DNA of 64,000 bases from NCBI GenBank assembly GCA_951406725.2, contig OX597828.1, positions 22,692,001 to 22,756,000 on the forward strand, in the 5' to 3' direction. Below the pieces are notes generated by a model that was not told the DNA's origin, ran no database searches, and saw nothing but the letters and a program-made list of their open reading frames with translations. Below are positions 28,148 to 42,335 of this stretch, piece after piece (positions within the stretch are counted from its first letter, which is position 1; each line of letters starts with the position of its first letter). The position numbers and the translations under genes were made by a program. Origin of the DNA: Octopus vulgaris. Its lineage: Eukaryota.

Positions 28148-28150
<3 letters not shown>
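27960..28150 (+). mobile_element. Non-autonomous Penelope-like pLTR fragment with 5' inverted copy, inserted in (TA)n
   Basis: Inverted arms of about 55 bp (27960-28014 / 28020-28075, one indel) containing the hammerhead, then a unique tail to 28150. Long (TA)n on both sides. Confidence 0.6.
28012..28068 (+). ncRNA. Type I hammerhead ribozyme, intact core (Penelope-like pLTR type)
   Basis: AGGGGCTTC-CTGAAGA-t TTCA tc TGAA t-GAAA-CAG ttctagtc CTG-TA-GAAGCTCCT. Helix I is 9 bp with one G-U, core CUGANGA/GAAA, helix III CAG/CTG, GUA cleavage triplet ending 28059. AATAAA at 28076-28081. Confidence 0.8.
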
Positions 28151-28208
<58 letters not shown>

Positions 28209-28771
28209 TGTGTAGAGAATACAATATTCAGAAGACTGATATTAGATAAAATTGCCTTGGTATGCCCATTAAAATTATAGATAATAAATATATTGTTTCA
28301 GTTATGATGCTGTATCTAATTTCAAGAAATTGAGTATCCTAAATTTTAGGGATATAATGAGCTAGCTTTCTTTATCTGTTCTAAATTATAAATATACAAA
28401 TTATTGTATAATGCGTTGCATGCATGATACAGACATAAAATAACTAATTATGCACTGAAATTATTACAATTTCATGGCAAGGATTGTGAAACGACCGTAA
28501 TCCTAAAGATGAGAAGTGGTTGCTTAAATATATTCTCCATTCATAACTTCACACATATTGTAGTCTATACATTCCTCGTGGAATAATTTCAGCGATTGGA
28601 TATTTTGGATTTCATCTGCACAGACCTCTCGACTGTACTCTGCCGTTTTGCATTACTATGTGTGGACCGCTTTCCGTGGTTGCCATATGATTCCATGAAT
28701 CTATATATAACATTACAAAGACACACACACAAAGAAGCTTACACTCACGCATATTTATGTGCATGTGTATA

Positions 28772-28861
<90 letters not shown>

Positions 28862-28928
28862 GGCTTAGTAAAATAAATTACTTTGCCACATACTGAACTC
28901 ATTAGAAATAGTAGCTAAAAAAACTTTG

Positions 28929-28967
<39 letters not shown>

Positions 28968-28969
<2 letters not shown>

Positions 28970-29278
28970 TGGCTCACCGTTGGTTACGACGATGAATGTT
29001 CCCAATTGATTCGATCAACGGAGCAGCTTTTACCTTTGAATCAACGTCCGAACCCTAGGCCCGCGTACGGGCAACGTAGTTCTGGGGCAGATTCAGCATG
29101 ACGCAGGATGTGACAGGTCCGTTTGAATTACAGGTACGGCTCAATTTTTGGCAGCTGAGTGGAGTGTTTGAGTGAGAAGTAAAATGTGCTGCTCACGCAC
29201 AAAACGTGTCGCTGGAAACCAAACTCACGACCTTAAGATAGTGAGCCTAATATGCTAACGTGTAAGCTATAGGCCTTC
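28968..29278 (-). mobile_element. SINE family D, diverged, between (TA)n tracts
   Basis: Reverse-complement similarity to 59610-59915 and to the 6251 head. Confidence 0.7.
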
Positions 29279-29287
29279 ACGAATATA

Positions 29288-29351
<64 letters not shown>

Positions 29352-29403
29352 TGTATATATACGCGTGTGTGTATGTATGCATATATATATATGTATGTGT
29401 GCG

Positions 29404-29479
<76 letters not shown>

Positions 29480-29907
29480 CGTTCGCTCTTTTAAACGTCC
29501 GTGCAGGAAAAAAAAGAGATGGACGATGGTCACATGTGAGCAACGAGAGAGTGATAGCATGAGAAACAGGGGGAGAGAGAAAGGGTGAAGGAGGGAGAGC
29601 CTTCTCTGATTCCTATTTTCTCCCCAGATCCAAACCCTTTTTAGCATGTAGGAAGACCTGGCAAAGACCTTCTCTCCGTGTATAAATATTTATGCACACT
29701 TATATATAAAAATGTTGTCTTATGACTTTCACAAAACATGCGAGCCACTGGTAATATATTCTTTTAATTTTTACCCCCATTATTTACATACACACTCACG
29801 TACACACGCATATATATATCTATGCACGCCTACTCATAGATTTATATTTATATAAGGACCTTTCAGTATATTACCTGTGTGTGTATGACAGTGCGTCTGT
29901 TTTCTAC

Positions 29908-29956
<49 letters not shown>

Positions 29957-30388
29957 CACACACAAATATCACCGATTATTACATCTTTAACAATAATACG
30001 CTTCTATAGATTTGTTTTATCTTACTATAATTGATTCGGTTGACTGCAGATATACCACCCAACAATTTGTTTTAACCTTTCTAAAAATGCATGAAGTAGA
30101 AAATTAAACCAAAAAATCGAATACCACAAGAAACGATAAACATAAGCCATACTGAAGTTTGTTTTATATTTCGCATTTTTTTATATATTTTTATCAGCAA
30201 TATTTGGTTGCCTGTTTAATTGGTACGGAGATATTTACACTTTCGGTAAATTTTAGTAAAAATAACGATTTAATATGATTTTGAAATGAAATTCAATTCT
30301 AAAAAATTAAAAGACTGAAATCAAAGATATCAAAGACTCGATGAATATTGTATATTTGTTTTTGAATCGCGTTTTTGATGTGAGTCAC

Positions 30389-30420
<32 letters not shown>

Positions 30421-30497
30421 TATGTGTGTGTGTGGGCGTATATGTATATATATATACACATATATCTGTGTATATATACATATATATATATGTATGT

Positions 30498-30531
<34 letters not shown>

Positions 30532-30743
30532 TTATATATTTATATATGTATATATATTTATATATATATATTTACATATATATTTTATATATATATATAT
30601 ATATCTGTATGTGTGTGTAATGTTGATTATAGATTAGTGTTTTCTGCTCTGAACTTGGTCTTCTGCCATTAATATTGCTCGCAAGTGTATATATGTGATG
30701 GCATTTAAAATATGATTGAAAGAATGTGAACAGGCGTATATTC

Positions 30744-30778
<35 letters not shown>

Positions 30779-31529
30779 TACAGACATAGACAATAGACAT
30801 ATACATTAGCACACACATACGGCATACTTACAGATATATAATATACATATATATATATGTTTATATATATATACATACGTACAACCATAGACAATAGACA
30901 CACATACGGTATACTTACACATATATAATATATATATATATATAGCGAGAGAGAAAGAAATGAGTATGTGTATATCTGTATATACATTTGCCAATATGCA
31001 TATACATGTATATATACATATATGTATATATGTACATACTACATACGTACATGTATGTTCATGTTTGTAGATAATGGCCGTCAAATGCACAGGTTCCCGA
31101 TATGCTTAGAGTCTCGGACAAGTTAATCCGCAGAATGTCTTCTGAATCCATACGATCCTAGGTTCATCTCGCCTGGCATTAACTGAAAGTGTGGACCATT
31201 GCAGCCCACTAAGCGCAGAAACCGTTGTAGAGAGTCATTAAACAAGCGCTTAAATATGTCTACGTACTGGTTAGAATAAAACACCACCTGTCGGAGAAAG
31301 TGTGCGGCTACTGTGAAGCATCCATCTCATATAATGTCTCTGTCGCTAATTTTTATCTATGTATATATATATATATGTATATGTCTCTGTATTGTACATC
31401 TATCTGTATCTCTATTTATATATCTGTCTATCTTTCTCTCTCCATCTCTACCGTCTAAGAGACGTATGTTTTATTTAACCCCATGTCAGCTCTCACAACA
31501 CAGAACCTCCTCACCAAAATAGATTCCTA

Positions 31530-31905
<376 letters not shown>

Positions 31906-32082
31906 AACTACATAATGTAAGGCTCTTTTCATTTATTTAAAGTAGCGTGTGATATGCAGTGTACATGAATATTATCATCTGAAGTAGGCCAAGATACCGT
32001 ATAAACTGTTCCCGTTAGCAGCAGATGCAGTAGCAGCACCATCAGCAGCAGTTGTAGTAGTAGCAGCAGCAGCAGCAGCTGC

Positions 32083-32143
<61 letters not shown>

Positions 32144-32810
32144 ATAGTCAAAGGAACAGCTATCATTCTTTAACAACCACAATAATATTTATTTATTTAT
32201 TTATTAATTTTTTAGCGCTTCTTCATTTTTGTCGAAGTTGATTTTGATTCCAGCAATTTTCAATTAGATCGAAGGCGTCTTGTTTTTCGAAAATGGTTCA
32301 AGAAAATCCATTTCTCTTTCATTCTTGCGTGCTAAGAGGACAAAAACTACAGAAATAGCATCTTTAGCCTTAATAGCAATAAAATGCTCCAAAACAATAT
32401 CAAAAACACATCGTATAAAATAGATTGTTATAGCATTTAAATTGTTAGGATTTCAAGATAATTTCTCGAATGAATATGTATATGTGAGCCAATTTATCAA
32501 TCTCTGGTATGTAGAATCAGCGAATAACATGTCATTGATGGACGGCCATTTACGGTTGTATATACTTGTGTGAAAGTGTATGCATGAGACTGGATATATA
32601 TGAATGTGTATGTGATCGTGTATAAATATATATATGTATAAATATACTAAACTTCATACATTTGTATATACATACATATATATATATATGTATGTATGTA
32701 TGTATGTATTTATGTATGTATGTATGTATGTATGCATGTTTATCTACAGATATATATACACATATATATATATGCATATAAACGCTACATAGATACGTCC
32801 ATATACATAT

Positions 32811-32841
<31 letters not shown>

Positions 32842-32848
32842 CATTTAC

Positions 32849-32898
<50 letters not shown>

Positions 32899-33130
32899 CG
32901 ATCGACCGATCGTTTGATAGATAGATGCTTATCTCCGTCATTTACATCGCATGGTGCTAGTTAGATGTATAGGTAAATTGGCAAAGAGGGCTCAATCACA
33001 CACGGTAAATATACGGGAATCATTCAGTACTTTACTCAAAGGTAAAGTCATTTGTGTCGAACATAACAGTTTCACATTTCCAACAACACAAGTTAACTCT
33101 ATCAAATGCGGTTTCTCTCTTTCTCTCTCC

Positions 33131-33170
<40 letters not shown>

Positions 33171-33318
33171 CTTTCCTTCTCACGCACTCACTCACTCACT
33201 CACTCAAACACATGCATTCTCTCTTCCTATATGTAAAGATATGTGTATAGATGTATACATGTATGTATGCAAGCATGCGCACACACATATACACCCATAC
33301 ACATAAACATACACACAC

Positions 33319-33445
<127 letters not shown>

Positions 33446-33516
33446 GAGATAGGCAGTTAGAAATAGATATAGAGAGATAGATGCAGGCAGTTAGAAATAG
33501 ATAGATAGACAGACAG

Positions 33517-33562
<46 letters not shown>

Positions 33563-35135
33563 TTAGAAATAGGTAAATAGATAAATATAGACAGTTAGAG
33601 ATAGATAAATAGATATAAAGTATATTCATGCGAGCAAAGTTATTTGACTGCGTAGCTCATGATATCTAGGAGTTTATTGTATTCTGTTGCATTCTTGGCA
33701 AATCTCTTGTATCGTAGCCTTTGGTCAACGCAACTTTTTTGAGTAATAATCCGTTCTTGGTATATATGAAATCCTGTTTTGTTCCATGTGTCTGCATTGA
33801 AGTAGTGAGCTGTATCGGATAGTGTATCCCACTGCTGCTGCTTGTTGATTACATACAAGGTATATGCAACTCTGGAATATTAATTAATCATATTTCCTAA
33901 GTATGGAGACACCAACTGGAAAACAAATATTCGGGGTTCCCCTACGTTTTTACTCGGGGTTTCACATATTTTTGAATACTATGTGCTTGATTACACAGCT
34001 TATAATGAATATAAATGTATCAGCAATTTTGAGTTTCATGTAAGAATTCGTTTTGGAATGAGCTTTTGCTTAAATGTTACAAGCTGGCTAACCAGAAGTA
34101 AAATTATACTAACAAGAGATGCTGTGTCTCGTGAAGCAGTAGTTATAACACAAAATGCATTAATTCATGGGGTTTTGATATGAGTCGATAACTTTACTGC
34201 ATTGAGGAGACTTGAAGATATTCAGAAGAACCCTTTTCTAGCCGTAACAGTTGGAAGCCTGATCTTCAGTTTATTGCTTGGAATATTTTCCTTTTCTAAA
34301 GACTGCAGCTATCTGATGCGTCGAAATATAGAATCCCTCCAATGACACTCTTGCTTCCTGTTGCAGAAACAAAATAATTTTTCATGTCGTAGATGAACAT
34401 TTTTGTCTGAAATGGTAAAACGCGGGATGACAATTGGATGAATATAAGGAATAAAGGTCAGTGTTAGCTTGGTTTATGCTTTCTACTTCACCCACGTCAC
34501 CTTTTTCCATCGCTTCTAATCAATACAATCCACGTTATTCTGTACGACTTACAGAAGGACTAATATGGTACAGAACATGATATGTATATCATATGACATT
34601 GTCTATTGTCTGGACGGCTCAACGCTAATATCTTACACCAGAAATTATTATACGCTGATAGTTATACTGTCGTAGGAAAATTGATATTTCGGAATAAGTT
34701 ATGGCGGGCTGTAGTTTAATATCCCGTCTAGAATAAGCCGTATGTAATAAAATGTAGTTATATGTTCTCATAAATAAATATATGATTGCTCGGGTTTAAA
34801 AATATATTTCTCAAGGCCTTTATATTGTATCATTATGTTATCAATCACAATTCATGAATAATACATCCATTCTTGGCTACAGATGGGGAAAAAGATCAAT
34901 CACTAGATCACGAGGATAAGGAAAAGAAGTGTGGGTGTAGGAAACTCAGTGTATAAAAAATATTGTAAGGGACTTGCTTTGAAAGGCACCCATTTCTTCT
35001 TGAATTTTCTTCTCATTTTTTAAAACACTTTAGCGAAATACAACGGAGATTACATCATATATTGATATCAATAATCTCAATCTAGCTACCTTCCTACATA
35101 CACAGACACGTTTGTGCATATTACATATATCTTTA

Positions 35136-35186
<51 letters not shown>

Positions 35187-35610
35187 GGCGGCTTTTAAAC
35201 TAGCTCTTATGGAGCGTTCTTCATTGGGCCCAAAAATCACACTTCATGTATTCAGTACATATCAAATTTTATTAAACTTGACCAATATTCTTCAAGCAAT
35301 GCACAATTTTTTAAAATCAAAACAATGATATAATTTGTCGACTTGGAACTTATTGCAAAGCTGTATGATAAACATTTGCTTCCCATTCAGTGGTCAGTAA
35401 AATTATTTGTCTGCCTAACCTCTTTCTTTCTCTGTCTCTCTTTTTGTTGATTGTTTTCAACCATCACCATCACCAATACAACTGCCATATACACACTATT
35501 CAGACTTCTGACGCTGCCACCTTTCTCTTCACCACCATCACTACATTCTTTCACATCACTTACTATCACCATCATCCCTGACTGCCCCGGCTAACACCAC
35601 CACCACAGAA

Positions 35611-35684
<74 letters not shown>

Positions 35685-35996
35685 GATTGACAGATAGTAA
35701 GACAAATAGATAGATAGAGAGGGAGAGGGGGATTTTCTTTTCAATTTGGAATGTTTTTTACCATTTATTTAATTAGTTTTTTTTTTACCATTTATAGCTA
35801 CTGGCATGAGATATAACTCTTTTAGGATGGGGAATATAATGAAAAAGGTATAAGGTGCAGTCATCATTAAAATGATATTATTCAGCATGTTGGCGACAAC
35901 AATTTCTGTCAAAGAGACATGGCTTAAGAAAGTGGTACATCATCTCCCTCTTTCCCTCTCTCTTAATAATTCATCAACTATCCCTAATTTTCTTTG

Positions 35997-36039
<43 letters not shown>

Positions 36040-36367
36040 TCGTCAATACCCTCAACGTCTCTATGCTTAATATTACTCTCAACCCATCATGATGAATAGT
36101 AGGAGTGTCAATGAATAGTGAGAAAGGGAATCTAAGTGTGACACACTGACACACAAATTAATATTCGCATTTATTAATTATATTAGGTAATACCATAAGT
36201 TCTGTCCGACTTTACCTTTTTTTTAAATTGAATGAAATTTTATAGTATTTTAGAACGTCTAATGGAGTTTAAAATTATTTTTATGTATTTGTATACATTT
36301 AAACTAATTAGATATTATTTTACAGAATAATAGAATTAAAATTTGTTTCGTTAAAACCCTTTCTTAA

Positions 36368-36573
36368 TTCAGCGTGACACAGAGTGTGACATGGTTGACC
36401 CTTTGAAATTCAGGTACAACACAAACTGGAAGAAAGATTGAGAGAAAGCTGTGGTGAAAGAGTACAGCAGTAGGGTTCACCACCACCCACTGACGGAGCC
36501 TCGTGGAGTTTTAGGTGATTTCGCTCAATAAACACTCACAACGCCCGGTTTGGGAATTGAAACCGCGATCCTA

Positions 36574-36576
<3 letters not shown>
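36368..36576 (-). mobile_element. Partial SINE: family C head joined to family D body
   Basis: 36445-36576 matches 25697-25818 (reverse complement). 36368-36420 matches the body seen at 29090-29140 and 59730-59785. Confidence 0.7.
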
Positions 36577-36620
<44 letters not shown>

Positions 36621-37279
36621 TATCGGTCTATGAAATTCCACTGAGAAAGTATTTATTAAACCGAATCTGTGATAGAAGACTCCGCTTCTCAACGTGAAAT
36701 ACTGTGCAGTGAATTCGAAATCAAACCCCCGCAGTATGAAAAAGAGCCGATCCTAACCACGCTGTCGTATATAGAACTTCATAAAAGTAATCAGTTTGAT
36801 ATAAGGAAGGAAATCAACTAATTATAAATCCTACCTTACTCTGCCATGAATATTTAATCAGACAAATTTAAGATGTCTTGGCCCTAGGATATAGGGAAAT
36901 TCATTTAATAGAACCGGTTGCTGCCTGTTATCTAATAATAAACTGGCCAGCTCTTATCCATTCAATAACTTTTGATCTGAGTGGAATGGTTTCTATAAAT
37001 ATTTGTTAAGACTGATTGTATTCTATTGTATCTAAGTATCATTTTATGTTTCTCTATGATTGTGCATATTATATGTGAAGTTATGCATGTAAGTGTATTA
37101 CATGTGTGTATATTCATATAAACGTATTTATAAGTGAATGGTTTGGTTTTATTGCTAGACTTTCTTATTAGCAGAGAACGAGCAGGTTTCCAAACCTCTG
37201 ACAAGTCACATGAATTTAGCCAACGTCAGCGCGATAGTAATATATGCAAGTGTGAATGTATACGCTCTTCTATTTTTAA

Positions 37280-38240
37280 GTAAATTAACTCTTTCTGTAA
37301 GGAAGGAGCTGGTTTCTAACAGATACGAAGCTCCATATTTGGAATGTAGATAAAGAAATCAGATTCACATTTTGAACTACACGAGGAAAGTCTTGCATAT
37401 TTTTACTGCTCCGCTTACTAACTGCATTTGTAATTTAAGTGGCAACATATTGATTTCTTTATCTGAAAAGCCTAGCATTTCCAAATTGTCACTTACAAGA
37501 CACTCGCGCCAATTATTTTATTTCTATATTGCCCACAGGGGGGCTAAACAAAGAGGGGACAAGCAAGGGTAGACACGGGGATTAAGTTGATTACATCGAC
37601 ACAGTGCGTAACTGGTATTTATTTAATCGACCCCGAAATGATGAAAGCCAAAGTCGACCTCGGCGGAATTTGAGCTCAGAACGTAACGGCAGACGAAATA
37701 CTGCGAAGCATTTCGTCTGTCGTCCTAACGATTCTGCCAGCTCGCCGCCTTAGAATTTGGGTAGAGATGATGCAGTTTTCAAAGCAGTTGGCCGCTTTTA
37801 TCTTCTTTTGCTTTGATTTGCTAAATGGTATTCACATCCGCAGGGCATCTGATCTCTATAGCGATGCATTCTTTTGCTTGCCTTGGACCGCTGTGAATAT
37901 ACTTACGTATAAATGCATCATTTCTACTTCGAAATTTTGTTAAGTCTTCGCAGAATTCAAGACAGTCACTCAAAGGTAAATGTTCAATTTTTTTGTTTTG
38001 GCCAATTATTTGCAAACGTTTGAGTGGAAGTTGGTATGTGAATATCTGCTAGTTCAGCACATATGTAACTCTTATATGCTTGTTTTTATCCACGGATCTG
38101 TGTAATTTCTTTTACACATATATGCCTTATGCCAATAATTAATTTCAGGTATATGATCATTCCAAATGTCTCAAGTGAGATTATTCGGATTGGTTTATAA
38201 TTTTCCATTATTTTCAGATTTTAATTAGTTTCAGGATACG
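37280..38240 (-). mobile_element. Decayed REL-type non-LTR retrotransposon 3' region, interrupted by a SINE
   Basis: Minus strand: KECIAIEIRCPADVNTI*QIKAKEDKSGQL..LYP (about 37760-37880) and LEMLGFSDKEINML..KLQ..VSGAVKICKTFL (about 37380-37495). Confidence 0.65.
37520..37750 (-). mobile_element. SINE family B
   Basis: Reverse complement of 21469-21697. Inserted in the LINE remnant. Confidence 0.88.
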
Positions 38241-38916
38241 GGTTAGGGATTTGTTTTCTTATGAATGACTCTAGAACATCCACTTTCAGAAATCACCTCT
38301 CTGCTTGTGTTTTTCTGCGTGCATTGCCCAGCGCTAGTTTTTAAACAGAATAAATGCTACATCGGTCGCACCGATTTCAGAGGGGTTGCAGTGTACATGG
38401 GTTGTAAGGCATTCGCTTCATTCAGCAATTTCGGTATGAGATGACATCTGTCATGACGTCTAACACTCATAACGCAAAATCTTTACTCAGTATCTATGGT
38501 GTACAAGTGACTGAGCTTACAACGATTCCTCGTGAATGAAGCGTTGAACCATCGCATAGTTACCTTCCAAGTGAGTGCTAGAAATCTTATAGAGTTAAGT
38601 GGAATGGAGTAACGCGAAAGCAAATTTCTTTGCCCAAGAACAAACCGCACCACTCTAACGGAGAATCCAAATCAATATTTTTTTTATTGCAAATGTAACA
38701 CCCAAACTACGAGGCGATGATACTTCACCCTCTCAGCAAATGAAACAAAAGATGAATATCTATTATGTATGAATATATTTATAAACTGTAGAAGCTGTAT
38801 GGAGACACTTTCTACCCATATGATTCCGAGTTGAGACCCACTGCGTGTCACCTTGCTAACAAAAGCCTTTTGAGTTGCGCTAATACATGGGAACTAAATG
38901 TGGCCCATCGTATATA

Positions 38917-39137
38917 TAGTGATCCCGCGCCATATCGCAGTTCACCTATCGCGGTTTATTATTCAAGTTTACGTCGATTCCTTCGTGGTGTTGTTTTGCA
39001 TATATGATAAAATAAATATATGCGAATTATAAGATTAATAAAAGTAAATGTACAGTACAGTACTTTTATACTTCGGGATTTTCACGTATTGCTGGGGATT
39101 TTGGAGAGTAACACACGTGATAGTCGAAGGATTACTG
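38917..39137. mobile_element. pogo/Tigger-like MITE
   Basis: Imperfect TIRs: TAGTGATCCCGCGCCATATCGC on the left versus CAGTAATCCTTCGACTATCACG (reverse complement of the right end). TA on both sides. Confidence 0.7.
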
Positions 39138-39287
39138 TACGCCAGTCCACCATATCCGCTTCGCATATTTTTCTTTATTTTATTCCAAGAAGTGCCCATC
39201 CTTAAGATGCCTTAAAATATCTTCATATTATCCTTTATATATTTATGTAACGTTTTCCCTTCTGTTGTGTTCCCCCCATCTATTTAT

Positions 39288-39357
<70 letters not shown>

Positions 39358-39581
39358 CGGCTGTGTGTCTATCTGTCTGTCTGTCTGTCTGAAAATCTGA
39401 CCATTTTCTGTCTCCACTCTCTTCACCACAGATAGGCGTTATTTAGTATTTTGTCATTTTACCTGTCTAATTATCTATGAATGAATTCCATTCCAGTTCT
39501 CTGTCACTGTGTATGAACATGTATAATATATATATCTATATAATATCTATGTATAATATATATATATATATATATATACGT

Positions 39582-39612
<31 letters not shown>

Positions 39613-39899
39613 ACATATACACACACACACATATATATAAACACACACACACACTCGCATATATATATATATAATATATTCAAAAACACACATGCATACA
39701 TGTATGCATACATATACGCACGAGAACACATGCCAGGAGGATAAATGCGGTGTCCTTTCGACACACATACAATCTCTCCCTCCTTCTCTCTTACCCTCAT
39801 AAAGACATACCCTCCGACTGCCACCCACTCCCATTCATTTTCCTCAAACGATATTAACTTCATACCAAGTGTTATATCAATACAAATTAACGAGGCCGC

Positions 39900-39902
39900 G
39901 GA

Positions 39903-39932
<30 letters not shown>
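39900..39932. repeat. (GCG)n repeat
   Basis: Only GC-pure triplet tract noticed in the window. Confidence 0.95.
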
Positions 39933-39934
<2 letters not shown>

Positions 39935-40619
39935 TGGCGTTGACGCCTGCGACTACACAGCGATTGCGCCTTCCACATAACATAACGATTTATCTAGCGA
40001 TTTCGGTTTTTCGTCTTTCGACTTATCGACTTTTCCCCTCCAACTCTGTTTCCAGTTTCCGACCAGATATTTTGGCAAACAGGTGAATAATGTAAGACGA
40101 ATAATAGGTAATGTTTTCCTTGTCAGCGGGTTAGTAGTGCATCAGATTCAATGAAAACCTACCGACTATCAGATAAACATTGATGGTCATTTGAGATGAG
40201 AAGGGTCATCGGTTCAGAAATAGGAATGTGCATATGGACAGGCATGCAGTTATATAGACAAACAGGACACACATACATAGCCACACACATTTACACACAC
40301 ACAAAGGCAGATACATTTAGATATATATATATATATATATTAATGCATACACATATATTATACATGCAAACACATGGATCTTATTATATATGCATATATA
40401 TATATCACATTTATGTGTTTACTCCGGTATATATTTATATATATATATATACATGTAAAGTGATATATATGTATATTATAAGGTTGCTGAAGAATTACAA
40501 CACCAGGCTGCTAGAAATAGATCCGAAATTGTCTAGGAACCACTTAGATTATTACTCCACTACACAAGTATGTAAGCGAGGAAAATAGGCACCGAGGATT
40601 AATAAAATAATTTGGATGG

Positions 40620-40680
40620 TCCCAAATCTATAGATTTCACGGTATGAGTCATTAAAAACTCCTTCCGGTCATCAGTGGAA
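40620..40680 (-). ncRNA. Type I hammerhead ribozyme with palindromic helix III
   Basis: Minus strand reads TTCCA-CTGATGA-c CGG aag GAGT ttttaatg ACTC ata CCG t-GAAA-TCTATAGA-TT-TGGGA. The 14-bp palindrome AAATCTATAGATTT (40624-40637) forms helix III; triplet AUU. Confidence 0.7.
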
Positions 40681-40764
40681 ACATACCGAAATATAAATAA
40701 ATGACTATATATATATATTTTTTCCAAGCGTATCTTAATGTAATATTTTGTAGTATCCTTCGTA

Positions 40765-40867
40765 CACCCTGATGATTTTCTATACAAGTTATATCAAATG
40801 CCACGTTATATATTGATATATGTTTTCTAATTTTGATTTTGTTTGTGAAAGGAAACAATTGTAGGTG
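40765..40867 (+). ncRNA. Type I hammerhead ribozyme with extended helix II and palindromic helix III
   Basis: CACC-CTGATGA-TTTTC...(internal hairpin TATATCAA/TTGATATA)...GAAAG-GAAA-CAATTG-TA-GGTG. ACAATTGT palindrome at 40855-40862, GUA triplet, AATAAA at 40876-40881. Confidence 0.72.
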
Positions 40868-40887
40868 AATATGTTAATAAATTAATT

Positions 40888-40943
<56 letters not shown>

Positions 40944-41508
40944 TAATATGTATATATGTCCATATAAATAGTATATAGGGTGTATATTTTTCGTGGGTTT
41001 GTTTCTGTATAAGAGTATACAGACGTGTGTGTGTGTGTCTGTGCAAATGTTTTGATGTATGTGCGTTTCTAAATGTTGTCTAAATTTCGTAATTTATTTC
41101 TCTTGTTACTTCTATTTTCATTCTTTAAACACTATCTTTCCAGAAGTCAGACATTTAGAGTAAGGGAATCATTAGATTCACTTAACGTAATCAGAATTAG
41201 CCTTATTCTACACATATCAGTAAATATCTACCATTTAGATTCACAGCCAATTTCGTTTTTGTCTTTCTCTGATAACAGGTCTTACCCATGTTGTATTCAT
41301 ATAGAATGAGCACTTAAACAAATAAATTTGTTCATTAAATTATACACAGCAAGCTCATTCAAAAATACACTGTTGTTGATGTTGAAATTCGAATGACTTG
41401 AATCTAAATTAAAATCCGGCTCTTTCTCTATTTGGCAAGAAGTCTTGAAATACTGAACAATGACATACATACATATATAACACATACATACATACATACA
41501 TACATACA

Positions 41509-41544
<36 letters not shown>

Positions 41545-41803
41545 TATATACTATTAATATAGGATGAGGTTTTTTTTACAGAAAATATTCCATCAATAAA
41601 TGTGACAGCATATTAAAATACCTTTACGGTTAAAATTATAAACAACTTATAAATAAGGGCTAAAGAAAATTATTTCAATGCCAATATGCTGATAACAGAC
41701 TTTTAAATCGTCAATTTCCACATATTATTTACTCGCTACAGAAAAAAAATACGAAGAACTGAAATCGGGAAAAACCGGCCGATATAATTTTTTTAAAAAG
41801 TTC

Positions 41804-41861
<58 letters not shown>

Positions 41862-42119
41862 ATAATACATACGCACATACATACATGATCATGAGGATCT
41901 CTCACTATCTCTTTTTGTCCCCCTCCTTTCTCTCTCTCGTAGTGTGAGCTAGACGCTTCTGAAATTTCTCGCCGAACAAAGTGCACAAGCGATTTCTATA
42001 GTCAAACGTATATGCTATACATCAGGTCACTCTGTTCATCAAATAGCATTTCCAGAACAAGAGCAGGTGCATGGTGTACCACACATCAGGTGTCGAAGCG
42101 AGTGCTGAGCATCCTCAGA

Positions 42120-42228
42120 TGAAATATTTTTACTCGAGATCACATGGCACCAGCCACTCCAGGGATTGAAACCAACGTCTCATGATTACAAGTGCAACAC
42201 CTTAACCACTAGACTATGCGCTTTCACT
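42120..42228 (-). mobile_element. SINE tRNA-like head fragment
   Basis: Minus strand AGTCTAGTGGTTAAGGTGTTGCACT..GGTTTCAATCCC. Confidence 0.55.
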
Positions 42229-42335
42229 TCGTAATTATATACATATATATATATATAATATTAGGGAGTATATCTAAACTTACAGGGAAAATTTAGATAT
42301 AGGATTAAATCAAATTTCACGTTATAAATATAAAT

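Noticed and set aside
39745-40086. Poly-Ala ORF over the (GCG)n tract with a downstream CAG/GTGAAT donor-like site
   Set aside because: No recognisable domain or acceptor site; both strands are open because of the repeat.
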